Below the pieces are notes generated by a model. It saw nothing but the letters and a program-made list of their open reading frames with translations. It made no database searches and had not been told where the DNA came from. A stretch of DNA of 64,000 nt, taken from Polyangiales bacterium. Lineage in GTDB: Bacteria > Myxococcota_A > Polyangia > Polyangiales > Ga0077539. Positions within the stretch are counted from its first letter, which is position 1, and the number at the start of each line of letters is the position of its first letter. The stretch is taken from contig JBGARZ010000001.1 of the NCBI GenBank assembly GCA_044229975.1, positions 352,001 through 416,000 on the forward strand. The letters are read 5' to 3'. Shown one piece after another: positions 45,432 through 54,830 of the stretch. The position numbers were made by a program, and so were the translations under genes.

Positions 45432-47204
45432 ATGCAAGCAGAGTGGTGGAGACGCACGACGGCCCTCGCGGGGGGACTTCTGCTCATCGCGTGCTTCGCG
45501 GGACTCGGGCAGACCATCGTCGGCACCGAGGTGGTCATTCGCGGGGGGCTCAACGACTTCAGCGCGGGCGAGCTCATGCGCCTGCTCGGATGGCTCGTGC
45601 TCGTCGTCCCTGGCGCGGCGCTCGTCGCGTGGGCGGTCGCGCCGTCGCTCGCTCCGACGGTGAGCCGCGTGGCCGCCCGCCTCGACGCCATGGACGACCG
45701 CGAGCGCGCCGCCGGGCTCGTGATGCTCTGGGTCATCGGCATGGTCGTCGCGCGCCTCGCCCGCGGCGTGCTGCTGCTCGACCGCCCCATCACCGACGAC
45801 GAACACAGCGTGCGCTTCGGCGCCCAGGTGCTGCTCACCGGGCAGTGCAGCGTTCCGTCGCCGGGGCCCACCGAGATCTTCCCGCAGCTCTTCCTCTTCA
45901 CCCGCGGCGGCCGCGTCGCGAGCTTCGACTTCCTCGGCCCGCAGCTCGTCTGGGTCGCCGAGTCGGCCGCCAACCTCAACGGCATCCTCATCGCCGCCCT
46001 CGGCGCGCTCCCGCTGCCCGCCCTCGCCTACGCCGTCGGCCGCCGCCGCACCGCCGCCTGGGGCCTCGCCGCGGCGCTGCTCTTCGTCGCCTCACCCACG
46101 GGCGCCCTCTTCTCCATCACCTCGCACGCCAACACCTTCTCGCGCGGGCTCATCGCGCTCTCGGCCGCGCTCGCGGTGTGGGCCGCTGGGAAGCCGTCGC
46201 TCACCCGCTGGATCGTCGCGGGGCTCTCCCTCGGCGCCGCGGGGCTGTGCCGACCCGTCGAGGTGTTCGTGCTCTCGGCGCCGCTCGCGGTGATGGCCGC
46301 CGTGCGCGCCGCCCGCGGGTCCCGCGACGACCGCGCCGCCCTCGCCGGTCTCCTCCTCGGCGTGCTGCCGTGGGTCGCGCTCTTCGCGCTGCACAACCGC
46401 TGCGTGACGGGCAACCCGCTGCTCCACGCGCGCTTCGCTCCCTCCGAGCTCGTCCACAACTGGAACCGCCCGCCTACCACCCGCCTCCAGAACTTCGGCG
46501 GCAACTTCGCCTACAACGTGTTGCTCCTCGGCGTGTGGTTTCTCGGCCCGCTGGGCCTGGCCCTCGTGGCCCTCGGTGCGGGGCGCGACAAGGTGCTCGC
46601 GGGTGTCGCGGCGGGCGTCGCGTTGGGGCTCGCCATCGCCGTCCTCCACCCCGACCCGGGCATCCACCTCATCGGTCCCATCCACTACGCCGACAGCACC
46701 GTCGCGCTCGCGCTGCTCGCCGTCGCGGGCCTCGCGCGGCTCGCGGACTCTCGCTACGCCCGCCTCGTCGACAAGCCACGCGCCGTCGCCACGCTCGCCG
46801 TCGCGGTGGGCCTCGCAGGCGCGGTGCTCACGGGCTGGACGGCCGCCACGCTCCAGAAGCACGCGGTCGCCGAAGAGGTGCTCGCCGCGCAGCTCGCGCC
46901 CGATCGACTGGGGCGCGCGGTGGTGCTCGTCCCGCCGCGGCGATGGATTCTGGAAGGGACGCCAGGCCTGCCCGGGGTGCCGTTCATGCGGGCGGTGGGT
47001 TCGCACGAGCGCGCGTGGCCGCCCAACGACCCGGCGCTGAGCAACCCGGTGCTGTTGCTGCACGACCTGCCGGGCGCCGACGAGCTCGCGCGGCGACGCT
47101 TCCCCGAGCGGCGGCTGTTGCGCTTGCAGCTCCTCGACCGACCGCCGTGGATGCGGATCGTTCAGGTCGCGCCGGGCCCTCCGGTGTCACCCGAACGACG
47201 TTGA
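45432..47204 (+). CDS. GT-C-like integral membrane protein
   Basis: Multi-TM; ITDDE acidic loop motif, RP motif, N...TGNP, GP.HY; periplasmic C-terminal domain. Confidence 0.55.
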   Translation: MQAEWWRRTTALAGGLLLIACFAGLGQTIVGTEVVIRGGLNDFSAGELMRLLGWLVLVVPGAALVAWAVAPSLAPTVSRVAARLDAMDDRERAAGLVMLWVIGMVVARLARGVLLLDRPITDDEHSVRFGAQVLLTGQCSVPSPGPTEIFPQLFLFTRGGRVASFDFLGPQLVWVAESAANLNGILIAALGALPLPALAYAVGRRRTAAWGLAAALLFVASPTGALFSITSHANTFSRGLIALSAALAVWAAGKPSLTRWIVAGLSLGAAGLCRPVEVFVLSAPLAVMAAVRAARGSRDDRAALAGLLLGVLPWVALFALHNRCVTGNPLLHARFAPSELVHNWNRPPTTRLQNFGGNFAYNVLLLGVWFLGPLGLALVALGAGRDKVLAGVAAGVALGLAIAVLHPDPGIHLIGPIHYADSTVALALLAVAGLARLADSRYARLVDKPRAVATLAVAVGLAGAVLTGWTAATLQKHAVAEEVLAAQLAPDRLGRAVVLVPPRRWILEGTPGLPGVPFMRAVGSHERAWPPNDPALSNPVLLLHDLPGADELARRRFPERRLLRLQLLDRPPWMRIVQVAPGPPVSPERR

Positions 47205-47315
47205 CAGGTGACGGCGGGCTGAGGCTCCCTTCCGACCGCGACGAGCGAGGGATCGACGAGGCGACGTTGGCCTCATCGCATCGATCTCCGATCGTCCAGA
47301 AGGAGCGACGAAGCC

Positions 47316-47768
47316 ATGTTCAGGCGGCGAGAGCGCAAGCGCGCGATGGAGCGACAGATCGAACTCACGGCGATGACCCTCCAGGGGTTCGTCGACGCGG
47401 GCATCCTCATGGCGGCGGCCGACGGCGAGATCACCACCGAGGAGTACGACCAGGTCGCAGACGTGATCTCCGGCTTCCTCGACGGGAAGGTCTCCAACCG
47501 GGACATCCGCGCCATCATCAACGAGGCCATCGAGATGCTGGAGGAGCAGGGCTACGACGCGCGCCTCGAAGCGCTCAACGCCAACCTGGTCACCGAAGAG
47601 CTGCGTGAGGTCGCCTTCCAGGTGGCCTGCGCGGTGCTCGTGGCCGACGGCGAGTACGGCGAGGACGACGAAGGCGAGGCCTACGACGACATCGCCGACG
47701 CGCTGGAGATTGATCAAGACCGCGCGCAGGAGCTCTTCGACGAGGTCGGCGCCATCTACGGCGACTAG
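47316..47768 (+). CDS. TerB-family (tellurite resistance-like) protein
   Basis: AAADGEIT.EE and ADG.....E.....IA.AL.I; highly acidic; AAGGAG RBS. Confidence 0.8.
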   Translation: MFRRRERKRAMERQIELTAMTLQGFVDAGILMAAADGEITTEEYDQVADVISGFLDGKVSNRDIRAIINEAIEMLEEQGYDARLEALNANLVTEELREVAFQVACAVLVADGEYGEDDEGEAYDDIADALEIDQDRAQELFDEVGAIYGD

Positions 47769-47820
47769 GCCCCCGCCACCGCCGCAGGAGTATAGAGAGA
47801 GCCGTAGGAGTTCTCATCTC

Positions 47821-49212
47821 GTGCGGCGGCCCTCCAACCTGTCTCTCGTCCTCGCCGCAGCCTCGCTCGCCGCGTGCGCGACCACCGCGCCCATCGAGCG
47901 GGCGGAGTCCGTCGCGCCTCACCTCCGAAACCCCGCGACCCACAGCGACCACGCGCCGACACAGGTGCATCCCCACGCGGCGCTCCCCGATCCGAGCGGG
48001 CGCGAGGAGGTCGAGCTGTCTTCGTTTCTCGCGTACGCCGACGCCCGCGCTCCGGTGTTGCAGGTCGCCCGCAGCACCCGCTCACGCGCCGCGGCCGCGC
48101 GCGTCGCCGCGAGCCCGTGGGCCCCGTCCAACCCCGAGGTGAGCCTCGCCGTCGGGCCACGCCTCGGCCTCACGGGCGTCGGCGTCGACGTGCAGGCGAG
48201 CGTCACCCAGCAGTTCTTCATCGGCGGCGAGCGAGGGCTGCGGCTCACGGCCGCCGAACGTCAGCGCGACCTCACCGACGCCGAGATCGAGCAGCTCCGC
48301 TGGGCCGTGCACTGCGACGTCCACGCGGCCTTCCACCGCGCCCTCGTGCAGCGCGACCGCGCCCTCCTCGCGGCGCGCATCCTGGCCTTCCAGGAAGACC
48401 TCCTGCGTATCGTCGAGCGGCAGATTCGCGCGGGCGAGACGGCCGGGCTCACGCTGCGTCTCACGCAGGCCGAGGTCGCCCAGGCGCGGCAGCTCACCGT
48501 CGCCGCGACGCAGGGCTACCTCAGCGCCCGCATCCAGCTCGCGCAGCTCTCGGGCTGGCCCGTCGCGCGTCCGCCGACGCCCGTCGGAGAGGTCGACGCC
48601 GCGCGCGAACCGCCCGCCCTCGACGTGCTGCTCACCACGGCGCGACAGCAGCTCCCGTCGCTCCGAACGCGCGACGCCGCCGTGCGCGAGGCCCAGGCGC
48701 GCGTGGCGGTGGCCGACCGGCAGTCGTGGCCCCAGCCCACCGTCGGACTCCAGTATCAGCGCGAGGGAAACCCCACCGCCGAGGGGCCGTACCACACCAT
48801 CCAGGGAGTGGTGTCGGTGCCCATCCCGAGCTTCCAGCGCAACCAGGGTGAGCGGGCCCGATCGCGCGCCGACGTGCGGGTCGCCGAGGCCGAGCTCGCC
48901 GCCGCGCTGTCGCTGCTCGAAGGTCAGGTGGCGCTCGCCCACAGCGAGGTCACCTCCGCGGCGCAGCGGCTGCGAAGCTACGGCACCGAGGTGCTGCCGC
49001 GCTTCGAGGAGAACCTCTCGCTGCTGCGAAGGTCGTTCGAGCTCGGGGAGATCGACGTGCTCGCCCTCTCCATCGGACGCGAGCGCTTCCTGCGCATCCA
49101 GAACGACGCGCTCGACGCGCAGCTCGATTACTTCGTCGCCCTCGCCAACCTCGAACGCACCGTCGGCGTCGACCTCTGGCCCGACGATCACAGCGCCGAA
49201 GGATCACCGTGA
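47821..49212 (+). CDS. TolC/CzcC-type outer-membrane efflux lipoprotein
   Basis: Lipobox LAAC; NP..., VSVPIP.FQRNQG, F..GEID.L; first gene of the RND operon. Confidence 0.88.
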   Translation: MRRPSNLSLVLAAASLAACATTAPIERAESVAPHLRNPATHSDHAPTQVHPHAALPDPSGREEVELSSFLAYADARAPVLQVARSTRSRAAAARVAASPWAPSNPEVSLAVGPRLGLTGVGVDVQASVTQQFFIGGERGLRLTAAERQRDLTDAEIEQLRWAVHCDVHAAFHRALVQRDRALLAARILAFQEDLLRIVERQIRAGETAGLTLRLTQAEVAQARQLTVAATQGYLSARIQLAQLSGWPVARPPTPVGEVDAAREPPALDVLLTTARQQLPSLRTRDAAVREAQARVAVADRQSWPQPTVGLQYQREGNPTAEGPYHTIQGVVSVPIPSFQRNQGERARSRADVRVAEAELAAALSLLEGQVALAHSEVTSAAQRLRSYGTEVLPRFEENLSLLRRSFELGEIDVLALSIGRERFLRIQNDALDAQLDYFVALANLERTVGVDLWPDDHSAEGSP

Positions 49213-50330
49213 TGCGACTCCTCGCGCTGCTCTTCGTGCTCGTGGCCTGCCAGCGCGCGACGCCGCCAGCGACCGCCGAACCCGTCGCCGAAGCAGGCAC
49301 TCCCCACGAGGTGCGGCTCACCGCCGAGGCCATGCGGCTCGCGGGCGTTCGCACCGGGCAGGTCGAGCGACGCGCGCTCGGTGGAGGCGTGGCGCTGCCC
49401 GCGGAGGTGCAGTTCGAGCCGAGCAGCACGGCGCAGGTCGGGCCCTTGGTGTCGGGGCGCATCACCCGCGTCGCCGTCGCGCTCGGTCAGCGCGTGACCC
49501 GCAACGAGCTGCTCGGGGTCGTGGCCTCCAACGACGTCTCGGCGGCCCGCGCCCGCCTCGGTCAGGCCCGCGCCCGTCTCTCGGCGGCCGAGGCCACGCT
49601 CCGTCGGCAGCGCGCTCTCTCGACCGAGGGCATCGGCGCGCAGCGCTCGGTCATCGACGCCGAGGCCCTGGTCGGCGAGCTCCGCGCCGAGGTCGAAGGG
49701 ACCCAACGGCAGCTCGCGCTCTTCGGCTCGGGCACCGCGGGTGAGTTGCAGCTCCGCTCGCCCATCGACGGAGTGGTGGTCGCGGTGCAGGCCGCGCTGG
49801 GTGAGACCGCGAGCCCCGAACGGGCGGTCTTCGTGGTGACCGATCCGACGCGGGTGTGGGTGCGCGGTGATGTTCCCGAGCTGGAGATCGCGCGCGTCGC
49901 GGTGGGCACCGCGGCCGTCGTCCGCCTGCACGCCTTCCCCGACCTCGCCCTCGCCGGAACCATCGTCTACGTCGCCCCGGCCCTCGATGAGCGCACGCGA
50001 TCGCTCCCCATCCGCGTGTCGCTCACCACCCCGGACGCGCGCCTGCGCAGCGGCCTCTTCGGCAGCGTCGAGCTCGTCGGCGGGTCGCCCGATGAGCGGG
50101 TGCTGGTGGTTCCGGTCGATGCGGTCGCGACCATCGAGGGTCAGCCGACGGTGTTCGTCCCGGGGGCGACTCCGCTCACCTTCCGCCCGCAGGCGGTGGA
50201 GCTCGGTCGGCGGGCCGGCGGCTTCCACGAGCTGCGCGGCGGGCTCACGGAGGGCGCGACGCTCGCGGTGAGCGGGGCCTTCACGCTGAAGAGCGCGCTC
50301 CAGGGAGCCGAGCTCGGCGAGGCCGACTGA
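49209..50330 (+). CDS. CzcB/CusB-type RND periplasmic adaptor
   Basis: Lipobox LVAC; GRITRV.V.LGQ.V, LRSPIDGVV, VWV..VPE, LD..TR. Confidence 0.9.
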   Translation: MMRLLALLFVLVACQRATPPATAEPVAEAGTPHEVRLTAEAMRLAGVRTGQVERRALGGGVALPAEVQFEPSSTAQVGPLVSGRITRVAVALGQRVTRNELLGVVASNDVSAARARLGQARARLSAAEATLRRQRALSTEGIGAQRSVIDAEALVGELRAEVEGTQRQLALFGSGTAGELQLRSPIDGVVVAVQAALGETASPERAVFVVTDPTRVWVRGDVPELEIARVAVGTAAVVRLHAFPDLALAGTIVYVAPALDERTRSLPIRVSLTTPDARLRSGLFGSVELVGGSPDERVLVVPVDAVATIEGQPTVFVPGATPLTFRPQAVELGRRAGGFHELRGGLTEGATLAVSGAFTLKSALQGAELGEAD

Positions 50331-50331
50331 G

Positions 50332-53300
50332 GTGAAGAAGATCCTCGAGCTCTGCCTGAAGTGGCGGGTGCTGGTGCTCGCCTTCGTCGTGCTCGTCACC
50401 TTCGTCGGCGCCGAGAGCATGCGGGCGCTTCCCATCGACGCGGTGCCCGACATCACCAACGTGCAGGTGCAGGTGCTGACGCGGGCGCCGTCGCTCGGGC
50501 CGGTGGACGTCGAGCGGCGCATCACCTTCCCGGTGGAGTCGTCCATGAGCGGCCTGCCGAGGCTGACCGAGGTGCGCAGCGTGTCGCGCTTCGGCCTGTC
50601 GGCGGTGACCGTGGTCTTCGAGGAGGGCACCGACCTGCTGCGTGCGCGACAGCTCATCTCCGAGCGGCTCGTGCAGGCGCGCGAACGTCTCCCCGACGGT
50701 GTGTCACCCGAGCTCGGTCCGTTGAGCACGGGGCTCGGGGAGATCTACCAGTTCGAGGTTCGCAGCGACCGGATGTGCGCCGAGGGCGCGGCCGACACCG
50801 AGGCGTGCCACACCCCGATGGAGCTGCGCTCGACGCTCGACTGGTTCATCGCGTTCCAGTTGAGGTCGGTGCCGGGCGTGGTGGAGGTCAACGCCTTCGG
50901 CGGCGAGCTGAAGACCTACGAGGTCGCGGTGCTACCCGACCGGCTGCGCGCGCTGGGCGTCTCGCTCAACGACCTCTTCCAGGCCATCGAGCGCAACAAC
51001 GCCACCTCCGGCGGCGGGTATCTCCTGCGCGCGGGCGAGCAGCTCCTCGTGCGCGGCGAAGGGCGCATCCAGTCGCTCGACGAGCTCGGCGACGTGCTCA
51101 TCGAGACGCGCGCGGACGGCGTCCCGGTGCGGGTGCGCGACGTGGCGCGGGTGCACCTGGCGCCGATGATCCGGCAGGGCGCGGTGACCCGCGACGGCCG
51201 CGGCGAGGTGGTGACGGGCATCGTGATGATGCTGGTGGACGCCAACGGCCGCGAGGTGGTGGAGAGCGTGAAGGCGCGCATCCGCGAGATCGCCCCGTCG
51301 CTCCCGCCGGGTGTGCGCATCGACACCTTCTACGACCGCGGCGAGCTGGTGCAGCGCACCATCCACACCGTCGCCAAGAACCTCGCCGAAGGGGCACTCT
51401 TCGTCGTCGCGGTGCTCTTCCTGCTGCTGGGCAGCCTGCGCGGCGGGCTCATCGTGGCGGCGGCCATTCCGTTCGCGATGCTGGTGGCCTTCACGGGCAT
51501 GCGGGCGCTCGGCCTGAGCGGCAACCTGATGAGCCTGGGCGCCATCGACTTCGGCATCGTCGTCGACGGGTCGATCATCGTGGTGGAGAGCGCGGTGGTG
51601 CACCTCGCCGCCGCCGCGAAGGGCCAGAAGCGACCGCTCTCGTACCGCGAGGCCGCCGACGTGGTGCTGCGCTCGACGCTCGACGTTCGCCGCGCCGCGC
51701 TCTTCGGCGAGGCCATCATCGTACTGGTGTACGTGCCCATCCTCACCCTCGCGGGTGTCGAGGGGAAGATGTTCAAGCCGATGGCGATCACGGTGCTGTT
51801 CGCGCTGGGGGGTGCCTTCATCGCCTCGCTCACCTTCGTGCCGGTGCTGGTCGCCTCGCTCATGCGCCAGAAGCCCGAGGACCACGAGCCCTTCGTCGTG
51901 CGGCTCATCCACGGGGTCTATCCGCGGCTGCTGTCGGCGGTGATGGGCGCGCCGCGTCTCGTGATCGCGCTGTGCCTCGCGCTGCTCGTGGTGACGGGGC
52001 TGGTGGGTTCGACCATGGGCGCGGAGTTTGTTCCGAGGCTCGACGAGGGCGCGCTGGCCATCCAGGTGATGCGGCTGCCGAGCGTGTCGCTGGAGGAGAG
52101 CGTGCGCGGGGCGACGCGCTTCGAGCGGGTGCTGCGGGAGTTTCCCGAGGTGATCACCGTGGTCACCAAGACGGGGCGCGCGGAGATCGCCACGGACCCG
52201 ATGGGCGTCGAGCTCTCGGACGTCATCGTGGCGCTGCGACCGCCCTCGGAGTGGCGCACCGCCCATACGCGCGAGGCCCTCATCGCCCGCATCTCGGCGC
52301 GGTTGACGGAGGCGCTGCCGGGGATGGGGTTCTCGTTTTCGCAGCCCATCGAGCTGCGGATGGCGGAGCTCATCAGCGGGACGCGCTCCGACGTCGCCAT
52401 CACCGTCTACGGCGACGACCTCGGCACGCTCGAACGCCTCAGCGGGCAGATTCAAGCCGTGGCCCGCGGGGTGCCCGGCGCGACGGACGTGCGCGGCGAG
52501 CAGCTGGAGGGATTGCCGACGCTGGAGGTGACGGTCGATCGCGCGGCGGCGTCACGGTACGGGGTGTCGGTACGCGACGCCCTCGACGCCATCGAGGTGA
52601 TCGGCGGGCGCGGCGTGGGCGAGGTCTACGAGGGCGAGCGGCGCATCCGGTTGCAGGTGCGACTGCCGCAAGCGCTGCGCGATGACATGGACCAGGTGCG
52701 GATGCTGCCGGTGAGCGGGCCGAGCAACACGCTGGTTCCGCTGGGGCAGATCGCGAGCATCCAGGTGGTGGACTCACCCGCGAGCGTGAGCCGGGAGGCC
52801 GTGCGGCGGCGCACCAACGTGGAGGTCAACGTGCGCGGCAGGGACCTCGCGGGCTTCGTGCGCGAGGCGCAGGAGCGGGTGCGCGAGCGGGTCCATCTGC
52901 CACCGGGCTACGTGCTGCGCTGGGGCGGCCAGTACGAGAACCTCGCGGCGGCGTCGGAGCGCCTGGGCTTCGCGGTGCCGCTCGCGCTGGGGCTCATCTT
53001 CGTGCTGCTGTACATGGCCTTCGGGGAGATGAAGACGGCGCTGCTCATCTACCTCAACGTGCCCTTCGCGGCGGTGGGCGGCGTGCTGCTGTTGCGGATG
53101 CGTGGGATGCCGTTCTCCATCAGCGCGGGCGTGGGGTTCATCGCGCTGTTCGGCATCGCGGTGCTCAATGGCGTGGTGCTGCTGACGACGGTGAAGAAGC
53201 TGCGCGCGCAGGGGCGATCGGCACTGGAGGCCGCGCGCAAGGGCGCGGAGAGTCGGCTGCGAGCGGTGGTGATGACGGCGACGGTGGCGGCGCTGGGGTT

Positions 53301-53499
53301 CATCCCGATGGCGCTGTCGTCGAGCGCGGGCGGAGAGGTGCAGCGGCCGCTCGCGACGGTGGTCATCGGGGGGTTGTTGAGCGCGACGTTCCTGACGCTG
53401 TTCGTGCTGCCGACGGTGTACGCGTACCTGTTCCGCGACGACGTGGTGGCGCCGCCCGACGAGGCCGATACGGAGACGGTCGCGCCTGTGGGGTCGTAG
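50332..53499 (+). CDS. CzcA/CusA family heavy-metal RND transporter
   Basis: LPIDAVPDITNVQVQV, NLMSLGAIDFG..VDG, GKMF.PMA, EFVPRLDEG, GFIALFGIAVLNG, EVQRPLATVVIGG. Confidence 0.96.
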   Translation: MKKILELCLKWRVLVLAFVVLVTFVGAESMRALPIDAVPDITNVQVQVLTRAPSLGPVDVERRITFPVESSMSGLPRLTEVRSVSRFGLSAVTVVFEEGTDLLRARQLISERLVQARERLPDGVSPELGPLSTGLGEIYQFEVRSDRMCAEGAADTEACHTPMELRSTLDWFIAFQLRSVPGVVEVNAFGGELKTYEVAVLPDRLRALGVSLNDLFQAIERNNATSGGGYLLRAGEQLLVRGEGRIQSLDELGDVLIETRADGVPVRVRDVARVHLAPMIRQGAVTRDGRGEVVTGIVMMLVDANGREVVESVKARIREIAPSLPPGVRIDTFYDRGELVQRTIHTVAKNLAEGALFVVAVLFLLLGSLRGGLIVAAAIPFAMLVAFTGMRALGLSGNLMSLGAIDFGIVVDGSIIVVESAVVHLAAAAKGQKRPLSYREAADVVLRSTLDVRRAALFGEAIIVLVYVPILTLAGVEGKMFKPMAITVLFALGGAFIASLTFVPVLVASLMRQKPEDHEPFVVRLIHGVYPRLLSAVMGAPRLVIALCLALLVVTGLVGSTMGAEFVPRLDEGALAIQVMRLPSVSLEESVRGATRFERVLREFPEVITVVTKTGRAEIATDPMGVELSDVIVALRPPSEWRTAHTREALIARISARLTEALPGMGFSFSQPIELRMAELISGTRSDVAITVYGDDLGTLERLSGQIQAVARGVPGATDVRGEQLEGLPTLEVTVDRAAASRYGVSVRDALDAIEVIGGRGVGEVYEGERRIRLQVRLPQALRDDMDQVRMLPVSGPSNTLVPLGQIASIQVVDSPASVSREAVRRRTNVEVNVRGRDLAGFVREAQERVRERVHLPPGYVLRWGGQYENLAAASERLGFAVPLALGLIFVLLYMAFGEMKTALLIYLNVPFAAVGGVLLLRMRGMPFSISAGVGFIALFGIAVLNGVVLLTTVKKLRAQGRSALEAARKGAESRLRAVVMTATVAALGFIPMALSSSAGGEVQRPLATVVIGGLLSATFLTLFVLPTVYAYLFRDDVVAPPDEADTETVAPVGS

Positions 53500-53505
53500 G
53501 ACGAC

Positions 53506-53798
53506 GCGCACCGGTCAGGCCCGCAGTACATGGCGCCAACGCTGCGGCGTCAGCGCGGCGCGCACCGGTCAGGCCCGCAGTCACCAGCGCCCACGCCGCA
53601 GCGTCAGCGCGGCGCGCACCGGTCAGGCCCGCAGTCACCGGCGCCCACGCCGCAGCGTTAGCGCGGCGCGCACCGGTCAGCTCCGCAGTCACCGGGGACC
53701 ACGCCGCAGCGTCAGCGCGGCGCGCACCGGTCAGGCCCGCAGTCACCAGCGCCCACGCCGCAGCGTCAGCGCGGCGCGCATCCGCTACGTTCGCAGTC
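53506..53798 (+). repeat. Left arm: ~5.4 tandem copies of a 54-bp unit
   Basis: Consensus GCGCACCGGTCAGGCCCGCAGTCACCRGCGCCCACGCCGCAGCGTCAGCGCGGC; copies start at 53506, 53560, 53614, 53668, 53722 and 53776 (partial). Confidence 0.95.
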
Positions 53799-53841
53799 GA
53801 GATCCGACAGCCCCACGAGACCGAGAATGAGTTGTTCGGAC

Positions 53842-54130
53842 GGTGACTGCGGGCGTAGCGGATACGCGCCGCGCTAACGCGCTGCGGCGTGGGCCCCGGT
53901 GACTGCGGGCGTAGCGGATACGCGCCGCGCTAACGCTGCGGCGTGGGCCCCGGTGACTGCGGGCCTGACCGGTGCGCGCCGCGCTGACGCTGCGGCGTGG
54001 GCCCCGGTGACTGCGGGCCTGACCGGTGCGCGCCGCGCTGACGCTGCGGCGTGGGCCCCGGTGACTGCGGGCCTGACCGGTGCGCGCCGCGCCAACGCCG
54101 CAGCGTGGGTCCTATGTACTGCGGGCCTGA
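53842..54130 (-). repeat. Right arm: ~5.3 tandem copies of the same 54-bp unit, inverted
   Basis: Repeating GGTGACTGCGGGCCTGACCGGTGCGCGCCGCGCTGACGCTGCGGCGTGGGCCCC is the reverse complement of the left-arm unit. Confidence 0.95.
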
Positions 54131-54618
54131 ACCGCGGACGGCGCCTGCTCTCGGAGATCCGTCCCGATGAGCGCGCGTATCGCCCGCGCCGCCCCCTCAG
54201 CGGTCTCCGGGCTCGCCACGCCGAAGGACACCGCCTCGCCACCGCGCAGCGTGAGCGTCACCGCGTCCAACGTGACGCCGTCGTTCGCCACCACCCGACC
54301 GTGCTGCGCGTCCGCGATGTCCCCGAGCGCCACCACGCGCTCGCCCCGTCGATGGGTGATGCGCAGCGTCCGCGCGCCCGCGTCCGCCGTCACGCGCGTC
54401 GTCGCCAGCGGACCACGTCCTCCCAATAGCGATTGCACCGCCACCACCGCGAGGCCGATGGCGACCGCCGCCACGAGCCACCGGGGGCTCGGCAGCGCGC
54501 GCGCCGTCACCCACAGCGCCAGCGCCACAAACAGAACTCCCCCCACGACGATCGCCCACCGTCGCGGCGGCGGCGCGGGGTGCTCGTAGACGATCTCCGC
54601 GGCCTCGGGCTCGCTCAC
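54112..54618 (-). CDS. Hypothetical membrane protein (two TM helices + PH-like beta domain)
   Basis: Host-like codon usage; TAGCGT box 7 nt before GTG 54618; stop codon lies inside the repeat arm. Confidence 0.6.
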   Translation of the reverse strand: MSEPEAAEIVYEHPAPPPRRWAIVVGGVLFVALALWVTARALPSPRWLVAAVAIGLAVVAVQSLLGGRGPLATTRVTADAGARTLRITHRRGERVVALGDIADAQHGRVVANDGVTLDAVTLTLRGGEAVSFGVASPETAEGAARAIRALIGTDLREQAPSAVQARST

Positions 54619-54830
54619 CGTCGCGACGCTACCACGGCGCCCACGCCCGGGACTCGGAGCGGGAGACGACGGGGACCGACGTTCGTAAGAACGCCGGACT
54701 ACGATGGTTCTGCGAGCGTGCGCGGGTGGAGGAACCAGCGCCGCGACGGCCCCCGGAGCTGGCGGGGTCTGGGTCGACCCAGGCCCCATTGGTCAGGTGC
54801 AACGTTTCTGCGGTTCCGTATGATCCCGGT

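Noticed and set aside
53506..54130. CRISPR array
   Set aside because: Units are contiguous with no unique spacers, the halves are inverted, and no cas genes are present.
53363..54429. ORFs encoding 18-aa repeats (AWAPVTAGLTGARRADAA) on both strands
   Set aside because: They arise because 54 is divisible by 3 and the unit lacks stops in that frame. They run antisense into real genes, lack an RBS, and one unit has a 2-nt insertion.
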